DNA from: Candidatus Latescibacterota bacterium
GTDB taxonomy: Bacteria > Latescibacterota > UBA2968
DNA length: 64,000 bases
Direction: 5' to 3'
NCBI GenBank assembly: GCA_965204745.1
Contig: OZ242010.1
Coordinates: forward strand, 480,001 to 544,000
Below the pieces are notes generated by a model. The model was not told the DNA's origin. It saw nothing but the letters and a program-made list of their open reading frames with translations, and did not search any database. Position 1 is the first letter of the stretch; each line of letters begins with the position of its first letter. Below, piece after piece: positions 19,826-29,328 of the stretch. The position numbers and the translations under genes are program-made.

Positions 19826-20635
19826 TCAAGGTCGATTTCGCGCTTCCCACATGGGATAGTGGATGTCTGCCCGTTGCAGTTCGCGCTGAAGCCACTGGTT
19901 GAACAGGCGTTTGCGGATCTCTTTTTTGACGCGCTCGTCAAGTGTTGCCGGATAGATTTGTTGCAACAAGTACAGCGCGAACCCGCCCGAGACCTTTTCC
20001 GGGCCGAAGAGGTCGCCTGGGGACGCGGCGAAAACGCGGGCGGCAATGCCCTTTGGCAACTGCGTGCGGCGCACGCGGCCCAAAAACCCACTGCCCGGGC
20101 GCGTGGTTGCATCTTGGGAAAACCGCCGCGCCATGGCGTAAAAGTCCGCGCCATCCTCCCGAATCTGCACGTCGATCTCGTCGATTATCCCCCGATCCGC
20201 GTGAAAGATCCAACAGATTTCCGCCTCGTCAAATTCCAGCGCGTGTTGTGCAAAATAGGGATCGATCTGCCCGTCCGCGATTTTTTCCGACAGCAGGTAT
20301 TCCAGGCGGCTCACCTCGGCGTCTTCTGCCACGTCTCGCAGGGTAATGCCGCGCTGGGCGAGCCAGGCCTCGGTGTCTTCCACGCGCTCGAGGCGGTGTC
20401 GATACCGCCAGTCGTTGACTTTGCGCTGAATGTCTTCGCGCGCTGTGCCAATGCCTTCGCGCTGCGCGAGTTGGCGGATCAATTCCCCGCGTGCAAACCG
20501 ATCAAAAAAGCGCAGGTCGTCCGCAACGCCCAACTGCCGCACGATTTGGCACACGCTCAAAGAGACGCCATTGACCTCGATCAGCGTGGCATCCTCAATT
20601 TCCGATTCGACGCGTTGCATCGCCGCTCTCCTCAT
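19826..20635 (-). CDS. PpiC/parvulin-type peptidyl-prolyl isomerase (secretion/peptide-maturation foldase)
   Basis: DFYAMARRFSQD...GFLG..RR..LP..IAARVFAASPGD..GP; directly downstream of hlyD. Confidence 0.85.
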   Translation of the reverse strand: MRRAAMQRVESEIEDATLIEVNGVSLSVCQIVRQLGVADDLRFFDRFARGELIRQLAQREGIGTAREDIQRKVNDWRYRHRLERVEDTEAWLAQRGITLRDVAEDAEVSRLEYLLSEKIADGQIDPYFAQHALEFDEAEICWIFHADRGIIDEIDVQIREDGADFYAMARRFSQDATTRPGSGFLGRVRRTQLPKGIAARVFAASPGDLFGPEKVSGGFALYLLQQIYPATLDERVKKEIRKRLFNQWLQRELQRADIHYPMWEARNRP

Positions 20636-22046
20636 GGGTCGTCGCGTCGTACTTTGCGGATTCGTAAAGCTGCCGCAAGGGGCTGAGCAACATCAGCAAA
20701 ACCGATTGGCGGTCCGTCATAATCTCTGCCGTGCCCTTCATGCCAAACATCAGGGGTTTTTCGTCGCCTTTGACGCGGATGGTGTGTTCTTCCAATGCCA
20801 CGATGGCTTTGAAGATAGGCCCGACCGTTTCATCGAGAATCGCATCCGGCGCAATGTGTTTGAGCCACCCGCGCTTGATGCCGAAATCCTGAAACGCGTA
20901 CGCGTCGTATTTCAACTTGACCACCTGCCCGGGTTTGAGCAAGCCCACGTCTTTGTTCAAAACCATCAATTCCGCGACGATCGGCGCAGACGCGGGCACC
21001 AGCATCCCCAAGGGCTGTCCCTTGTTGATCACCTGCCCGACCGCGTTCACCATCACCTGCGTGACAATGCCCGATTCTTGCGCCAAAATCAGGTCCGATT
21101 CGGCATCTAACACGCGATCGACGCGCTTGCGCGCCTGCTCCAATCGCAGTTGGGCGGTCTCATAAGCGTGTTGGATCTGCGCTGTCTCGCGCTCGTGGGC
21201 GAGGCGCGCTTCCGTAATTTGACGCTTGAGGTCTTGAACCGCCATTTCGTTTTTGTAAATCTCGGACATGCGGTTCGGCAGTGCGGCCAGCGCGCTGAGG
21301 TATTGCACGCGCGCGCGATCCATGTCTGAACGGCTGATCAAGTTGCGTTCAAACAGGGTCTTTTGTTGCAAAAACGCCTGTTTGAGATGGTCGATTTCCG
21401 CTTGGCGAAAGCCGATCTGCGCTTGCAACCCGGCGTCCGGCGCGCTGTTTTGAGACGCATCGCCCACGTCGTTGCGATAATCTTTTAGGGCGTTTTGGTG
21501 CGCGGCCATAAACCGCTGCAAAACGGACAGGCGTCGTTCGAGCGCGGCGATGGTTTCCCGGTTCAATTTGGCCTTTTGCGGCAGCGCGTTTTTGAGATCG
21601 TACTCGGCTTGCTCAAACGCGATCTCGGCTTGTTCCCGCTCCCGCAATTCGCCCCAGGTCTCCCATGATTTCAGCTTGAACAACACCTGACCCGCTGCGA
21701 TGTGATCGCCTTCGGCAATGCCGATCCATTCGATTTCCCCGCCGCGCTTGGCCTGCACGGTTTTCACCTGCCCCAGCGGCACCAGCCGAAACGGCGCGGA
21801 CGCCACCACATCCACCTCGCCCAACGATGCCCACGCGAGGGCAATGCCGATAAACAGCAGGACGATGTAGAGCAATGCCCGCCCCCAAAAGGGCCGCAAC
21901 GACCCCATAAACGCACGCGCCTCTTCGGACGCGTCGTCGCGCTCAACGCGCAAAGTTCTGGCCTCGGCCTCTACCAGTGGTTCTGCCATCGCGTGCCTTT
22001 TGTGCCTTTTGTGGCTAAATTCGGCCTCTACCAGTGGTTCTGCCAT
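20595..22046 (-). CDS. HlyD-family membrane fusion protein
   Basis: Single TM, long coiled coil, NKDVGL.KPGQ.VKLKYDAY.FQDFG, GMKGTAEI. Confidence 0.93.
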   Translation of the reverse strand: MAEPLVEAEFSHKRHKRHAMAEPLVEAEARTLRVERDDASEEARAFMGSLRPFWGRALLYIVLLFIGIALAWASLGEVDVVASAPFRLVPLGQVKTVQAKRGGEIEWIGIAEGDHIAAGQVLFKLKSWETWGELREREQAEIAFEQAEYDLKNALPQKAKLNRETIAALERRLSVLQRFMAAHQNALKDYRNDVGDASQNSAPDAGLQAQIGFRQAEIDHLKQAFLQQKTLFERNLISRSDMDRARVQYLSALAALPNRMSEIYKNEMAVQDLKRQITEARLAHERETAQIQHAYETAQLRLEQARKRVDRVLDAESDLILAQESGIVTQVMVNAVGQVINKGQPLGMLVPASAPIVAELMVLNKDVGLLKPGQVVKLKYDAYAFQDFGIKRGWLKHIAPDAILDETVGPIFKAIVALEEHTIRVKGDEKPLMFGMKGTAEIMTDRQSVLLMLLSPLRQLYESAKYDATTHEESGDATRRIGN

Positions 22047-22048
22047 CG
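21964..22048. repeat. 28-bp direct repeat flanking a 29-bp (CCTTTTGTG)n module inside the hlyD 5' end
   Basis: tcggcctctaccagtggttctgccatcg at 21964-21991 and 22021-22048; 57-bp period, in frame. Confidence 0.95.
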
Positions 22049-22074
22049 TGCGTCCCCCTTCAAAGCGTTGCCCG

Positions 22075-25000
22075 TCAAACCCCTTGCAACTGTTGCCCGC
22101 ACATGTGCGCGTACAACCCCTGTTGCACCATCAACTCGCCGTGCGTGCCCATCTCCACGAGATGGCCCTTGTCCAGCACCACAATGGCATCGGCGTCTCG
22201 CACGGTGCTCAAGCGGTGGGCGATGATCAAGGCGGTGCGGTCTTCCAAGAGCAGATCCAAATTCGCCCGAATCGCCTGTTCCGAATCCGTGTCCAGCGCG
22301 TTGGTGGCTTCGTCAAAAATCAAAATTTTCGGATCGCGGTACAATGCCCGCGCTATCGCGATCCGCTGCCGTTGCCCGCCGGACAACCCGACGCCCTGTT
22401 CGCCCACTTTTGTCTCGTAGCCCAAGGGCATATCGGTCACAAAGTCTTGCACGCAGGCCAGTTTTGCAACTTCCAGGATGCGTTCCATGTCCGCGTCTTC
22501 CCGCCCAACGGCGATGTTTTCCGCGATGCTGCCGCTGAACAAAAACGGCTCTTGCATGACCATGCCCACCTGTTGCCGCAACCAATGGGGGTCGAAGTCT
22601 CGCGCGTCCATCCCGTCGAGCAACACGCGCCCGTCTGAGGGATCGAACAGGCGCGGCACGAGTTTGACCAACGTGGTTTTGCCCGCGCCGCTACGTCCCA
22701 CGATAGCGACTTTTTGCCCCGGTTCGACCGCGAGGTCGATGTTGTTCAACACGTAGGGTTCGTCAGACCCGACGCCGTACCGAAAAAATACCGAGTCGAA
22801 AACCAAGCGGCCTCGCACCTGCTTCAAGCGCAAGCCGTGCCCTTGTTGCCGCGCGTCTTCCATCTGCGTGTCGTACACGTCATTGAGCCTGTCCAAGGCG
22901 ACGCGCGCTTCTTGCACTTGCGGCCAGATGCTGATCAACCCCATGATGGGGCCCATCACATTGCCGATGAGGGCATTAAACGCCATCAACTGCCCCACGG
23001 ACAAATTGCCCTCGATGACCAATGACGCGCCATACCACAAAATCACCGTGTTGCTCAACAAGTTGATCAGGCCCCCGCCCGCGCCGAACAGCATCTGCAT
23101 TTTTAGGCGTTGAAATCCGATCTGAATTTCCCGCGTGAACTTGCCCTCCCAATGCCACCGGGTCGCGCGCTCGACCGCCTCGGCTTTGACCACGTCGATG
23201 CCGCGCAGGGAATCGATCAAGACCGAGGATTGTTCGGCGCGCGCCAAAAATGCGCGTTGGCTAAAGGATTTCAAAATGGGCGTGTAGATCAGGGTGAGGC
23301 CCACGGACAGGGGCACAAAAATCAGCATGACGAGCGTCAACTCGGCGTTGTAGTAAAACATCAATCCGAGATAGACGAATAACATCACAAAGTCCAAAAC
23401 CGCGGAAACGGTCGTGCCGGTCAACAGGCGTTGGATCGTGGCGTTTTCCTTGAATCGCGTGGTCAAATCGCCGGTGCGCCGAAGGGCGAAAAACCGCATG
23501 GACAGGGCCAATAAATGGCGGTAAAAACGCGACAACATCGACAGGCTCAAGCGCGCACTCACATAGCCGATCAAGTACGTCCGCAGGGTTGTCGTGCCCA
23601 TTTGAAACAGCGCGACGACGACCATGCCCACCAACATCAAGTTCAACAAGTCCTCGTCGTGATGGACCAACACTTGATCCACAATGGTCTGCATAAAAAT
23701 AGGCGACGCCAGCCCAAACAAACTGAGCACCAGCGACGCCAACAAGACTTCGATTAAAATGCCGGTATGGGGTTTGACCAATGGGAAGAACCGCTTGAAG
23801 GACGAGCGGGACGGCTCGTTTTGTGCCACGCGATCCGTGTATTCCAACAACAGCGCGGCGTTTGTCCAGCCCTTTTCAAATTCCGCACGCGACAATTTGC
23901 GAATGCCCACGCCCGGGTCCGCGATTTTCACCTCGTTTTTCCCGATCTGATACAAGACCACAAAGTGATTGCCTTCCCAGTGGAGGATGGCCGGGAGGTC
24001 TGTTTGCATGAGGGCTTCGTACCCGGTGCGAACCCCGTGCGTGACAAAGCCCAGGGTTTCAGCGGCCTCGGCCAACGCGGCCATGGACGTGCCATACCGC
24101 GAGACATTGGACATGTCGCGCAATCGGTTCAAGCCGATGGGCATTTTGTAGTACTTGCAGATCATGCCCAAACACGCGGCCCCGCAATCGGATTGATCGT
24201 GTTGCTTCAAAAATGGAAAGCGAAGCGCGGTGGGCGCGGTGGGTTGGCGTTCCTCTGTTCTGATGGCGACCACATTGGCGCGCGCGTCTCGTTTGTCAAC
24301 GCTTGGCTCGGCTCGCGCGCTCGGCCCATCGCCGAACGTCGCGCTTTGGGTTTGTCGCGGCAGAGGCGATGCCCCTGTCTCGCGTTCCGAGCTCGCTAGC
24401 CGCCCCATCTGCAAGGCCGCGCCGAGTGCGGGCATCCCGTCGTTGAGTTTGTCTAAATCGCTTTTATCGATAGAAAAGAGCACGCAATCGCTTTGGCAAC
24501 GGATCGCGGGTGGTCGCTCGCTCGGCAAATTCTCATCGCCAAAAAAATCCCCGGCGCGCAATATCGCGGTGGCGCCCTTTGCCGATGCGATCTCGACCTG
24601 ACCGCGGGCGATCAAGTAAAATCGCTCGTTTGGCTCCGCGACCAATTCGCCCTTTGCCACCTCTTCGCGCTTTAAGCGGGCGAACAGCTCCCGCAATACC
24701 TCAGCCGAGACATTCCCTTTCAAAAATCGCGTGAAATTCCGATACGCGATCTGCGCGACCTGATCCTCGAGGTACGCTTTTAATCCCGCTTCTTTTTTGA
24801 GCACCTTGAAGAACCGATCCTTTGGCACGCGCAAGAGGTCCGAGTCCTCAACCGCCCGCACGGTCGCCCGATGCCCCTGCCCGGTCAATAACGCGCCTTC
24901 GCCAAAGTGGTCGCCCGCGTATAAATAGCCCACGGTTGCAGAACCGCCCTCCGCGTCTCGCTTGATGACCCGCAACCGCCCAGCTTGCACCACGTAAAAG

Positions 25001-25125
25001 GCGTCCCCGGCTTGCCCCTGCTCAAAGATGACACTGCCAAATGGCGCGGGCCGAACCGCGTTTTCCGCAAAGAAGCGCGATAGGTTTCTAAATGCGACCT
25101 CGGGTGCTGTTTGTGTGGTGTTCAT
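22075..25125 (-). CDS. Peptidase-containing ABC transporter (cNMP-binding domains + C39 peptidase + TMD + NBD)
   Basis: GDHFGEGALL cNMP motif; QSDCGAACL/HFVV/IADP C39 triad; [25 protein letters not shown]. Confidence 0.95.
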   Translation of the reverse strand: MNTTQTAPEVAFRNLSRFFAENAVRPAPFGSVIFEQGQAGDAFYVVQAGRLRVIKRDAEGGSATVGYLYAGDHFGEGALLTGQGHRATVRAVEDSDLLRVPKDRFFKVLKKEAGLKAYLEDQVAQIAYRNFTRFLKGNVSAEVLRELFARLKREEVAKGELVAEPNERFYLIARGQVEIASAKGATAILRAGDFFGDENLPSERPPAIRCQSDCVLFSIDKSDLDKLNDGMPALGAALQMGRLASSERETGASPLPRQTQSATFGDGPSARAEPSVDKRDARANVVAIRTEERQPTAPTALRFPFLKQHDQSDCGAACLGMICKYYKMPIGLNRLRDMSNVSRYGTSMAALAEAAETLGFVTHGVRTGYEALMQTDLPAILHWEGNHFVVLYQIGKNEVKIADPGVGIRKLSRAEFEKGWTNAALLLEYTDRVAQNEPSRSSFKRFFPLVKPHTGILIEVLLASLVLSLFGLASPIFMQTIVDQVLVHHDEDLLNLMLVGMVVVALFQMGTTTLRTYLIGYVSARLSLSMLSRFYRHLLALSMRFFALRRTGDLTTRFKENATIQRLLTGTTVSAVLDFVMLFVYLGLMFYYNAELTLVMLIFVPLSVGLTLIYTPILKSFSQRAFLARAEQSSVLIDSLRGIDVVKAEAVERATRWHWEGKFTREIQIGFQRLKMQMLFGAGGGLINLLSNTVILWYGASLVIEGNLSVGQLMAFNALIGNVMGPIMGLISIWPQVQEARVALDRLNDVYDTQMEDARQQGHGLRLKQVRGRLVFDSVFFRYGVGSDEPYVLNNIDLAVEPGQKVAIVGRSGAGKTTLVKLVPRLFDPSDGRVLLDGMDARDFDPHWLRQQVGMVMQEPFLFSGSIAENIAVGREDADMERILEVAKLACVQDFVTDMPLGYETKVGEQGVGLSGGQRQRIAIARALYRDPKILIFDEATNALDTDSEQAIRANLDLLLEDRTALIIAHRLSTVRDADAIVVLDKGHLVEMGTHGELMVQQGLYAHMCGQQLQGV

Positions 25126-25146
25126 TTCCGTCTCCTCAAATTGGTA

Positions 25147-26223
25147 TTACATCCCTTCTAAAACCGCAATGCCCCTTTCGAGCACCGGATCGCCCATAGC
25201 GGAGGAATCGGAAAAGCTGACGGCGATATCGGGGGGAACACCGATGCCTTCGTAGCTTATCCTATCCGCGGAAACGAATTTTGACACCGTGAGTTGATAC
25301 ACCCACCCATTGGGCAGCTGACCTTGCTTGATACTTCCAAGGGCACCGGCAGTGGAACTGCCGATGACCGTGACATGGGGGAATTGTCGCAGAGCCAAAA
25401 CAAAATGTTCCGCCGCACTCGCGGTATTTTTTCCGACGAGCAAGACGAGGGGGTTGGTGTATTGCCGCGCTCCTGACGGCCCGATTTGCAGTTCAAAAAG
25501 GGGCGCAGAGTCGGATCGATTGACGCGATATTGGTATTGTGCATAGCCATAGACGTGTGTTTTATCGACAAAACGCGCCATGACAGATCGCGCGTTTCCC
25601 GTCACACCACCCGAGTTCTGTCTCAGATCGATGATGATGCCATCAGTATGGCTCAACTGCGCTAAGACAGCGTCGATATCCCCTCCCCAGTCTTTATCTT
25701 TCACCGATCCGGTTGAAAATCCAGGGATAGAGATATACCCAATGCGATCTCGCATCGCGCCGTACTGAAGCCCTCCCTGCGTGTGTATATCGTCGATATA
25801 ATTTCTGACGCGGTCAAAATCGAACGACTCATCCTCCCGATTGCCAAACTCAATTGTGAACGTCGTATCTCTTTCAAACCCGCTCGGATCAAAAGTTAAA
25901 GGCTCATCCCGACGCCCCGATACAAAACGACCAAATGGCGTGACGAGACCGACATGCCGGTCGTTGAGGTATTCTAACATCAGGGCACAGATTGCAAAAA
26001 GTTCCAGTTGGGTGGTTTGCGCCGTGACGAAAGGACGCTGAACCCTGTAAAGCGCGTTCCAATCGACATTCTTGACCTCAAACAATGCGTAAAAGTCATT
26101 AAATTCTCGCCAGAAAACTTCGAAGTTGTGTTCGGGTGACGAGTCGAGATCACCACCTACAATTGACTTTCCGCAGGAAAAATGAAAACCACAGACGACG
26201 ACGATAAATAGCAGACGTAACAT
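25147..26223 (-). CDS. S41-family peptidase, probable lipoprotein
   Basis: Signal ending HFSC; IIDLRQNSGG, TASAAEHF, EGIGVPPD. Confidence 0.9.
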   Translation of the reverse strand: MLRLLFIVVVCGFHFSCGKSIVGGDLDSSPEHNFEVFWREFNDFYALFEVKNVDWNALYRVQRPFVTAQTTQLELFAICALMLEYLNDRHVGLVTPFGRFVSGRRDEPLTFDPSGFERDTTFTIEFGNREDESFDFDRVRNYIDDIHTQGGLQYGAMRDRIGYISIPGFSTGSVKDKDWGGDIDAVLAQLSHTDGIIIDLRQNSGGVTGNARSVMARFVDKTHVYGYAQYQYRVNRSDSAPLFELQIGPSGARQYTNPLVLLVGKNTASAAEHFVLALRQFPHVTVIGSSTAGALGSIKQGQLPNGWVYQLTVSKFVSADRISYEGIGVPPDIAVSFSDSSAMGDPVLERGIAVLEGM

Positions 26224-26224
26224 G

Positions 26225-27013
26225 TTATTTTACCTTGAGAGCGAAGCCCATCAGCAGATTATGCGTGAACATTGCGGCCGTGCGTTCATATCTTCTCGCA
26301 CGCTGGAAATCCATGCGATAGACCGCGTAAAACGCGATAGATGAGGACAGCCGACTGGCGTAGTGAACGCCGATATTGAAATGCAGAAAGCGGTTCCAGA
26401 AGGCCAGATCACCAGCCAGTAAATTCGCAAAACCTTCCCGGCCGGATACAATACCAGATGCGTGTGGCAGATAATACGATACGAGGGTACTGCCCAGGTA
26501 TGCTCTGAGATGGTGTCGCATGTTAAAATGATAGTCACCCAAAATTGCAAGGCGCAGGCTGAAATCCATATCCCCAATGAGCTGGGCATGTACTGGCGGA
26601 TGGATGTATTCTTTAACGTAAAGTCCCACTCCCATGCCCCCCATAATGCCCAACCTCATTTTGTCGTAGGCCGCCAAATAGCGCCCGTATAATTCTTCAA
26701 CCTGAAAATACACGATCTTGACACTTGTCTCGGAAGCAGAGAGGTTGCCACGCCCAAATGCGATAAACTCGGAGCGGTAGCTTTTATTGCCTTGTTTTAG
26801 AGAGAGCCAAGCAACGGATGGCGTCTGGCCTTCGTACCGCAGGTAGGATCCCAATTCATCTTTTAAGTAAAATTGCGACAGCCCCGCCATGATCCCATAC
26901 CATTGCTCGCTCGCTTTCTCCTTTTTGGTGGCCTCATTCTCTTTGGGCATTTCTTCACCCAAGGCATCCATTCCCCCGAGCACCAAACACAAAACGACCA
27001 GTATTTTCATCAT
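26225..27013 (-). CDS. Exported hypothetical protein, possible outer-membrane beta-barrel
   Basis: Signal peptide and alternating aromatic/hydrophobic strands; abuts the S41 gene. Confidence 0.6.
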   Translation of the reverse strand: MMKILVVLCLVLGGMDALGEEMPKENEATKKEKASEQWYGIMAGLSQFYLKDELGSYLRYEGQTPSVAWLSLKQGNKSYRSEFIAFGRGNLSASETSVKIVYFQVEELYGRYLAAYDKMRLGIMGGMGVGLYVKEYIHPPVHAQLIGDMDFSLRLAILGDYHFNMRHHLRAYLGSTLVSYYLPHASGIVSGREGFANLLAGDLAFWNRFLHFNIGVHYASRLSSSIAFYAVYRMDFQRARRYERTAAMFTHNLLMGFALKVK

Positions 27014-27051
27014 TTTTCACCTGTCAGATATCTTGGTTCATGTATGACGCC

Positions 27052-27927
27052 TCATTTCGCGGTGCTGAACGCCGGAAGCAAAAATACCTGTTGCTCTCGT
27101 CGCTGTGGTATCCACGCCCGCCATTCTCGGTCTAATGCCTCGAGATCCTGTGGAATCGCGCGTTTGATGATTTCTAAGTTGTTGTTGTGAAGCAACTTAA
27201 ACCTGATCATATTCCATATACTCGGCGTAGCGCCAGCGGCTCGATTCATCTCCCAGATTATATTCTTGAGTATGCCTTGTCCCTTTTCTGAGGACATGAG
27301 AAAATAGACGAATAACCATCCGAAGGTCCGCATTTTAGCTTCTTGTTTTTTGTACTGGGATTTGGACAGTGAAAAGAAATCAGCCAATGACATCAGTTGC
27401 CCTTCTTTCAGCCACTCTTGGCATGCGCGGTTGCGATCAGGGGCAAAGCCGATCACCGCTTTATCATCATAGACCTCCATCCTTTCGAAATACTCTGCAA
27501 TGCCTTCTTGCAACCATTTGGGGTGCCACAAATGCTCATGCAAAATCGCGTGACTCGCTTCGTGATACACCCTCCTGATGAAATACACCCTCCCGACGGA
27601 ACAACACTCACAATGATTCAAGATCGCGACCTCTTTTTTTTTTACGGAATAATACGCCGGAGCAGAAGTCGAACCACCTCGATATTCGGTATAATCGCTA
27701 TGGCTACCAAATATCTGAAACTTGATCTGAAAACTTTTAGATACCTCGAGATCAAAGACCTTTTTATAGATCCCGATCATCATTTTAATCCCGCGTTCTA
27801 TGGCTTCCCTGTCCGTATCGTCAACTTCGCAGTTGTGCAGATTCAACTGGCAGATATCCTGCGCTGTATCCTGCGCCATCGCCAACTGCGCGCTCAATAG
27901 GATGAGAGACAGAAGTGCAAATTTCAT
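27052..27927 (-). CDS. Secreted gluzincin-like metallopeptidase (DUF1570/peptidase MA-like)
   Basis: Signal peptide; YHEASHAIL...PKWLQEGIAEYFE. Confidence 0.8.
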   Translation of the reverse strand: MKFALLSLILLSAQLAMAQDTAQDICQLNLHNCEVDDTDREAIERGIKMMIGIYKKVFDLEVSKSFQIKFQIFGSHSDYTEYRGGSTSAPAYYSVKKKEVAILNHCECCSVGRVYFIRRVYHEASHAILHEHLWHPKWLQEGIAEYFERMEVYDDKAVIGFAPDRNRACQEWLKEGQLMSLADFFSLSKSQYKKQEAKMRTFGWLFVYFLMSSEKGQGILKNIIWEMNRAAGATPSIWNMIRFKLLHNNNLEIIKRAIPQDLEALDREWRAWIPQRREQQVFLLPAFSTAK

Positions 27928-28218
27928 CGCGATCTCCTACGTTAAAATAAAAAAAACGTCAGTGATTTAACAAAGGTCAATGCCATCGCTGTTGCGAAAG
28001 GCAGGATGACCGCACGACCCAAGGCGTTATCGTCGAGAACCTCCGTTTTTGCCCTTATTAATATTTTATGGGATAGGCGCCGATGCCATCAAACGCTCCT
28101 ACCCCATAATCAAAAATGACCTTCGAATCGACTTACTGTTTGGCAACAAGTTACGATACCTGACTTGCGCTCTGTAAACTCACCGCAGTAGCGGTTGCTT
28201 ACTTACCTCGGTTTTGAA

Positions 28219-28382
28219 CTACATTGACCAAGGGTGAACATCTACAACTACATCTGGCAGTGGTGGCAAGTCGATACCAAATTCCTCACTGATTAGATCA
28301 GCGAGTATATCATAGATATCATGCCAGACAACGCATCCACTGGGGCCGATTGCCCAGGGGTTGATACGATTCGCTTCGTCAT
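28219..28382 (-). pseudogene. Frameshifted copy of precursor peptide C (precursor B) with an internal leader deletion
   Basis: Starts MTKRIVSTPGQSAPV after a GGAGGTG RBS; a shifted frame reads GCVVWHDIYDILADLISEEFGIDLPPLPDVVVDVHPWSM*. Confidence 0.85.
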
Positions 28383-28448
28383 TCTCTCACCTCCTTTCTC
28401 ACTTTCACTGAGAACTCACAGCAACAGCGGCTTCTGGCAGACCTTACA

Positions 28449-28694
28449 CTACATTGGCCAAGGCCACGGGTTAAAGGGCCAAGGCCACGGGTTAAAGACG
28501 TCCTCCCAATCTTCCAAAATATCTTCCAGTGGCGAGTCAAATTCCTCGCTGGTATCATCATCTGGAAACGGGTAACATCCACCCGCCCCAGCGACCTGAG
28601 CGATTTGGTGCTCGGTCAGATCAGTCGTTTCAATCGGCAGATTGACCGTAGCTGTGACCGAGTGCTCAGGGTCCGATACGATTCGCCTTGTCAT
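28449..28694 (-). CDS. Double-glycine-type precursor peptide A (81 aa)
   Basis: AAGGAGGTG RBS; 37-aa leader ending TTDLTEHQIAQVAGA aligns with precursor C; core GGCYPFPDDD...FNPWPWPFNPWPWPM. Confidence 0.85.
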   Translation of the reverse strand: MTRRIVSDPEHSVTATVNLPIETTDLTEHQIAQVAGAGGCYPFPDDDTSEEFDSPLEDILEDWEDVFNPWPWPFNPWPWPM

Positions 28695-28803
28695 TTCTCT
28701 CACCTCCTTTCTTTAGGTTAAAAATGGTTTGAACTGATGGCGGTAGGCAATCTATCCTTTTACAGAACCCCTTGGAGTTGACCGCCCCTTCTACTCTTGT
28801 TTA

Positions 28804-29328
28804 TCACCTCTGCTGAATCAAAACGCCATTTTCCGACAGCAGGGACAAAACCTTTTCTGGATTTCTCGACGCGAGGACCACCTGTTTCACTTTCTTTTTT
28901 TGCTTGAGCTTGTAGCGGGTCAGGTAGTCTTCGTTCAATCGCAACCTGATCAACATTGCCCCTGGAAGCCAGCGGCCTTCTCCCAACACAGGCGGCCCTG
29001 CGGCATTGAGGGCTAAACGCATCGCAGGACTTTTGCGATCAACTATGAACTTCTCCGCATACGCGATTGTGCTCAATAAAATCTGTTCCTTGCCGGTAAA
29101 GTGATAGCCAAACGCGATTGTCGTATCGTCTATCTGAATTGTGAAACGCCAATACATCGAGAACACCACGCAAATCAGCACAAGCGCAGTAACCATAACC
29201 AAATGGGTGACAAATTGCATGCCAATCAAATAAACAAAGGCCGTTGCCATCGCTATCATCGCTACTGCGAAAGACAGGATGACCGCCCAGGGCGTTATCG
29301 TTTCGTAATAGACAATATTTCGGTTCAT
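28804..29328 (-). CDS. Hypothetical membrane protein (2 TM + soluble domain), possible immunity factor
   Basis: Two hydrophobic helices; overlaps the stop of the CAAX protease gene. Confidence 0.7.
   Translation of the reverse strand: MNRNIVYYETITPWAVILSFAVAMIAMATAFVYLIGMQFVTHLVMVTALVLICVVFSMYWRFTIQIDDTTIAFGYHFTGKEQILLSTIAYAEKFIVDRKSPAMRLALNAAGPPVLGEGRWLPGAMLIRLRLNEDYLTRYKLKQKKKVKQVVLASRNPEKVLSLLSENGVLIQQR

Noticed and set aside
21964-22048. Mini CRISPR array (28-bp repeat, 29-bp spacer)
   Set aside because: Only two copies; the repeat is hlyD coding sequence, the spacer is itself a dispersed genomic repeat, and there are no cas genes.
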